Source: Chiloscyllium plagiosum
Taxonomy: Eukaryota
Length of the DNA: 38,834 nucleotides
Assembly: GCF_004010195.1 (NCBI RefSeq)
Contig: NC_057719.1
Location: 41,503,679-41,542,512, forward strand
Reading direction: 5' to 3'
This document shows positions 35,965-38,834 of this stretch, piece after piece. The position numbers and the translations under genes were made by a program. The notes under the pieces are model-generated. The model had not been told where the DNA came from, made no database searches, and saw only the letters and a list, made by a program, of their open reading frames with translations. Numbering within the stretch: the first letter of the stretch is position 1; the number at the start of each line of letters is the position of its first letter.

Positions 35965-38112
35965 TGCTTCCAATTAAACACTATAATCAGAATTAAGATG
36001 TTGTTCCCCATATAGCTGCTATTTTCAATATGGTTCCAAACACAAGGCTTTATTAAATGTTTGAGGAACTGTATGGAACCAAGACTTTAATGTGCCCATC
36101 TACTTTCTCACTACTTTCAGAATAAAACAAAGAACTTGCAATGGAACCTTTCACAACCCAAGGGTATCACAAAGCACTTTATGGCCAATGAATTACTTTT
36201 CAATTGTAATCACTGTGAAAGAAAATAAAATATAACTGAATTCAGATAGCACTTCAAGATTCTCAACAGATTTACTTAGGTTGATTTATTGATTTATAAG
36301 GATAAGGGAGCTCATTTAGAATCTGTTTACTGATACCTGGGGACAAACAAAAGACCTGTGGTAGACATATCTCTCTTCAAGAGGCACTTGCTCCAGTATT
36401 CGCAATGTGCCTTGTGAGATAATAGATAATTTCACAAAATGAAATACAGTATAAACTTTTATATTTACACATGCTTACACTCATTCCAAACTTTGTTCAT
36501 TCTAGCTTGGATATTGCCTCTTTTACATGGGAGATATGGTATCCATGAAATGTAGAAAAAATTTCTTTATGATCGCCAATTGTCATAAGAGCCAGTGGAA
36601 TGTAATCAACTCACTCACATCAGCTTCCCTGCCAATTAACTGTCACTAAAGATGGAGGTGGTGAGATGGGAGTGTCAATATAATTAACCTTAAGGATCCA
36701 TGGTAGAAATATTGCTTCACACTTATGACCCTTTCAAGCACCTCTTTTAGTGAAAGAGTTTGCAGTGGATAACAGTATGTTCATTAGCAGTTTAACAACA
36801 AAATGCTTTTGTATGCTTCGTACAGCTGCTGTGGATTTTATTCCCTTAATTTCCCTGTGGATTGATAGTCTAAAAGGTTCCAGTAACATGTTGACAAGTT
36901 GAAATAATATTTCTTTTCAAAGATTCATTAGGATACCAAATTAGTATAATTTTCAAAATTATTAATGTCATTATTAACTTGTTGATGTCCATTTTCTGAC
37001 AAGTAAAAGTGAGAGATTATAAAGACTGCCCAGGGCAAAGAATGACAATAATGTCCAAACAAAATGCTATAGAATGAATAGTTTCTGCTAATGACATATG
37101 ACATTTCCCTTTTTAAGGTCAAAAATGGAAATACTTGTCAGTAGGAAATAGCAGAAAATGCATAATGGCTTCAAATGAATCTACGGATACAATCTATTTG
37201 TGCCATAGTGATTAGTAGTAGAGAAGTTGCAACAGTGAGTAATTTCCTCAAAGAATGCATAAATAATTAATTATCTCACACAAAGTCTCATCTGGTTGCT
37301 CCAGAGCCAAAGCAATTTTAAAGAAACATTTCTCATCTTTTGTAGCTTTTATGGTTTTATATTTGATCTGCTTCATGACATAGTTGTTAATAGCACTCAT
37401 CATACCAACATCAATACTTTGTTCAAAATATGGAAATTCCAGGTGGTTCTATGTTGGTAGGCTGTTGTGTAAGTAGTATCAAAAGATGAGAAAGATTTAT
37501 GCACAACATATTCTGACAGATCAGTTAGTTTTGCGGAGAATATTATTGAAATACTGTGGCTTAATCTGTGCAAATGCGCTTTCAGGAACAATATAGATAA
37601 TGTAACAATGATAAATGAACAACCCTTGGTTGGGAATGGGATAAATGAAGATAATTTGCAGGCATGAGGCAATTGTTACAACAACAAAATGTAATGTATG
37701 TTGTATTTAGTGTTTTAAGAGTTAATGAGCCAGTAAGTAAAACTAAATGGTCTCCAGGGCCTATTAGACAGCCTCATGTGTTTTTTTTGAAAGGGAACAA
37801 TAGACTTCCAAGTAATGCCATATGACTATTTATCATTTACCGTTTTTAATTCATGGCAGAACTCAAAGATGGACAATGAAATGAATCTGTTCATCATAAT
37901 CCTGGAGAATGGATCAATTGTCTTCATTCACGAGCAAACGCCAGTGAGAAAGCTTCTGTTTCTGAAACATAATCACAGCACATTCTATGAACAGAATATT
38001 CTAGTCCCAAAGAAATCTTATGCCCTGAATTTGTAAACATTGTATTGATTATTTATTTTGAATAAAATGTGATGATTTGTCACAGTTACATTGAAGAAAT
38101 TCTCAATTTTAC

Positions 38113-38424
38113 CTAATTACAGCCCATTAAAATAAAAGCTTCTAAACATTCATAGTTTGTTGTATTCAGTGTAGCATCCATCTCAATTAAAACACAATCT
38201 AATGGAATCCAATGAGTTTCCATATTACGCACAACAATGTTGAATATTTCATGCCATGACATCCTATCTAACATTAAAGTATCATTGAGCAGTCCAGGCA
38301 CTGAGGCGAGATTTTTCTTGAACAAAACTAGTTTCTTAATAAGAGGATTATTGCTTGTTAAGAACCTCATTAACTGCATATCTTGCCTCAGTATTTTGCT
38401 GATTCCTATCCTGTCAACCAACTG
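38113..38424 (-). other. Unassigned 102-codon open frame abutting a SINE insertion
   Basis: Open frame in AT-rich DNA; no recognised homology. Confidence 0.25.
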
Positions 38425-38603
38425 CTGAGGTGATGGCCTTGTGGTATTATCACTGGACTGTTAATGCAGAGACCCACATAGTCTTATGGGACCTGGGTTT
38501 GAATCCTGCAATGGCAGATGGTGGAATTTGAATTCAATAAACATCTGGTGTTAAGAATCTAATGACTACTCTGAATCCATTGCCAATTGTTGGAAAAACC
38601 CAT
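38425..38603 (+). mobile_element. tRNA-head SINE 5' part, interrupted by CR1
   Basis: A-box tggccttgtgg, B-box gggtttgaatcc. Confidence 0.7.
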
Positions 38604-38834
38604 TAGAACATAGAACATAGAACAATACAGCACAGAACAGGCCATTCGGCCCACGATGTTGTGCCGAACATTTGTCCTAGCTTAAGCACCTATCCAATTG
38701 CCGCTTAAAGGTCACCAAAGATTCTGACTCTATCACTCCCACAGGCAGCGCATTCCATTCCCCCACCACTCTCTGGGTAAAGAACCTCCCCTGACATCCC
38801 CCCTATACCTTCCACCCTTCACCTTAAATTTATG
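38604..38834 (-). mobile_element. CR1 LINE 3' end, cut by window end
   Basis: (CATAGAA)n tail; similar to 16474-16720 and to the reverse complement of 270-505. Confidence 0.92.

Larger units (their letters stand above)
34846..35978. mobile_element. Fold-back array of a 389-nt PLE-derived unit (pLTR + hammerhead + N-terminal ORF)
   Basis: Minus arm 34846-35370 and plus arm 35374-35978, both with period 389; TSD cattataatcag (34834-34845) / cactataatcag (35979-35990). Confidence 0.92.

Noticed and set aside
34846..35978. DNA transposon/MITE with long terminal inverted repeats, or a CRISPR-like array
   Set aside because: The repeats are PLE pLTR/ORF sequence with hammerheads and a ~12-bp TSD. 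The arms are unequal and permuted, and there are no unique spacers.
37841..37961. Minus-strand exon with AG/GT boundaries
   Set aside because: Stops in all three frames; cannot be supported as a coding exon.

Overview
Eukaryotic, transposon-saturated DNA, most likely a cartilaginous fish (shark). That assignment is inferred from the HE1/V-type SINEs and the CR1 and Penelope families. I found no confidently identifiable host gene. The window holds: (i) at least seven CR1 LINE copies, one near full length at ~21600-26295; (ii) three families of Penelope-like elements (PLEs) whose pseudo-LTRs (pLTRs) carry minimal type-I hammerhead ribozyme motifs (CUGAnGA / stem II / GAAA / palindromic stem III); (iii) a decayed Gypsy LTR retrotransposon (LTR, PBS, PR, RT, RH, IN) split by three PLE insertions; (iv) a probable solo LTR; (v) SINEs; (vi) two Harbinger Myb/SANT gene relics. 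The most striking object is a 1.13 kb TSD-flanked fold-back insertion (34846-35978). It is built from a 389-nt hammerhead-to-hammerhead monomer containing only a PLE pLTR and an 82-codon N-terminal ORF, and looks like a retrozyme-like, possibly circular-RNA-derived PLE satellite. Several ribozyme/pLTR-only fold-back insertions with TSDs also occur. The AT-rich unique background includes stretches that look like decayed intronless coding sequence of unknown origin. All calls were made by eye and boundaries are approximate.
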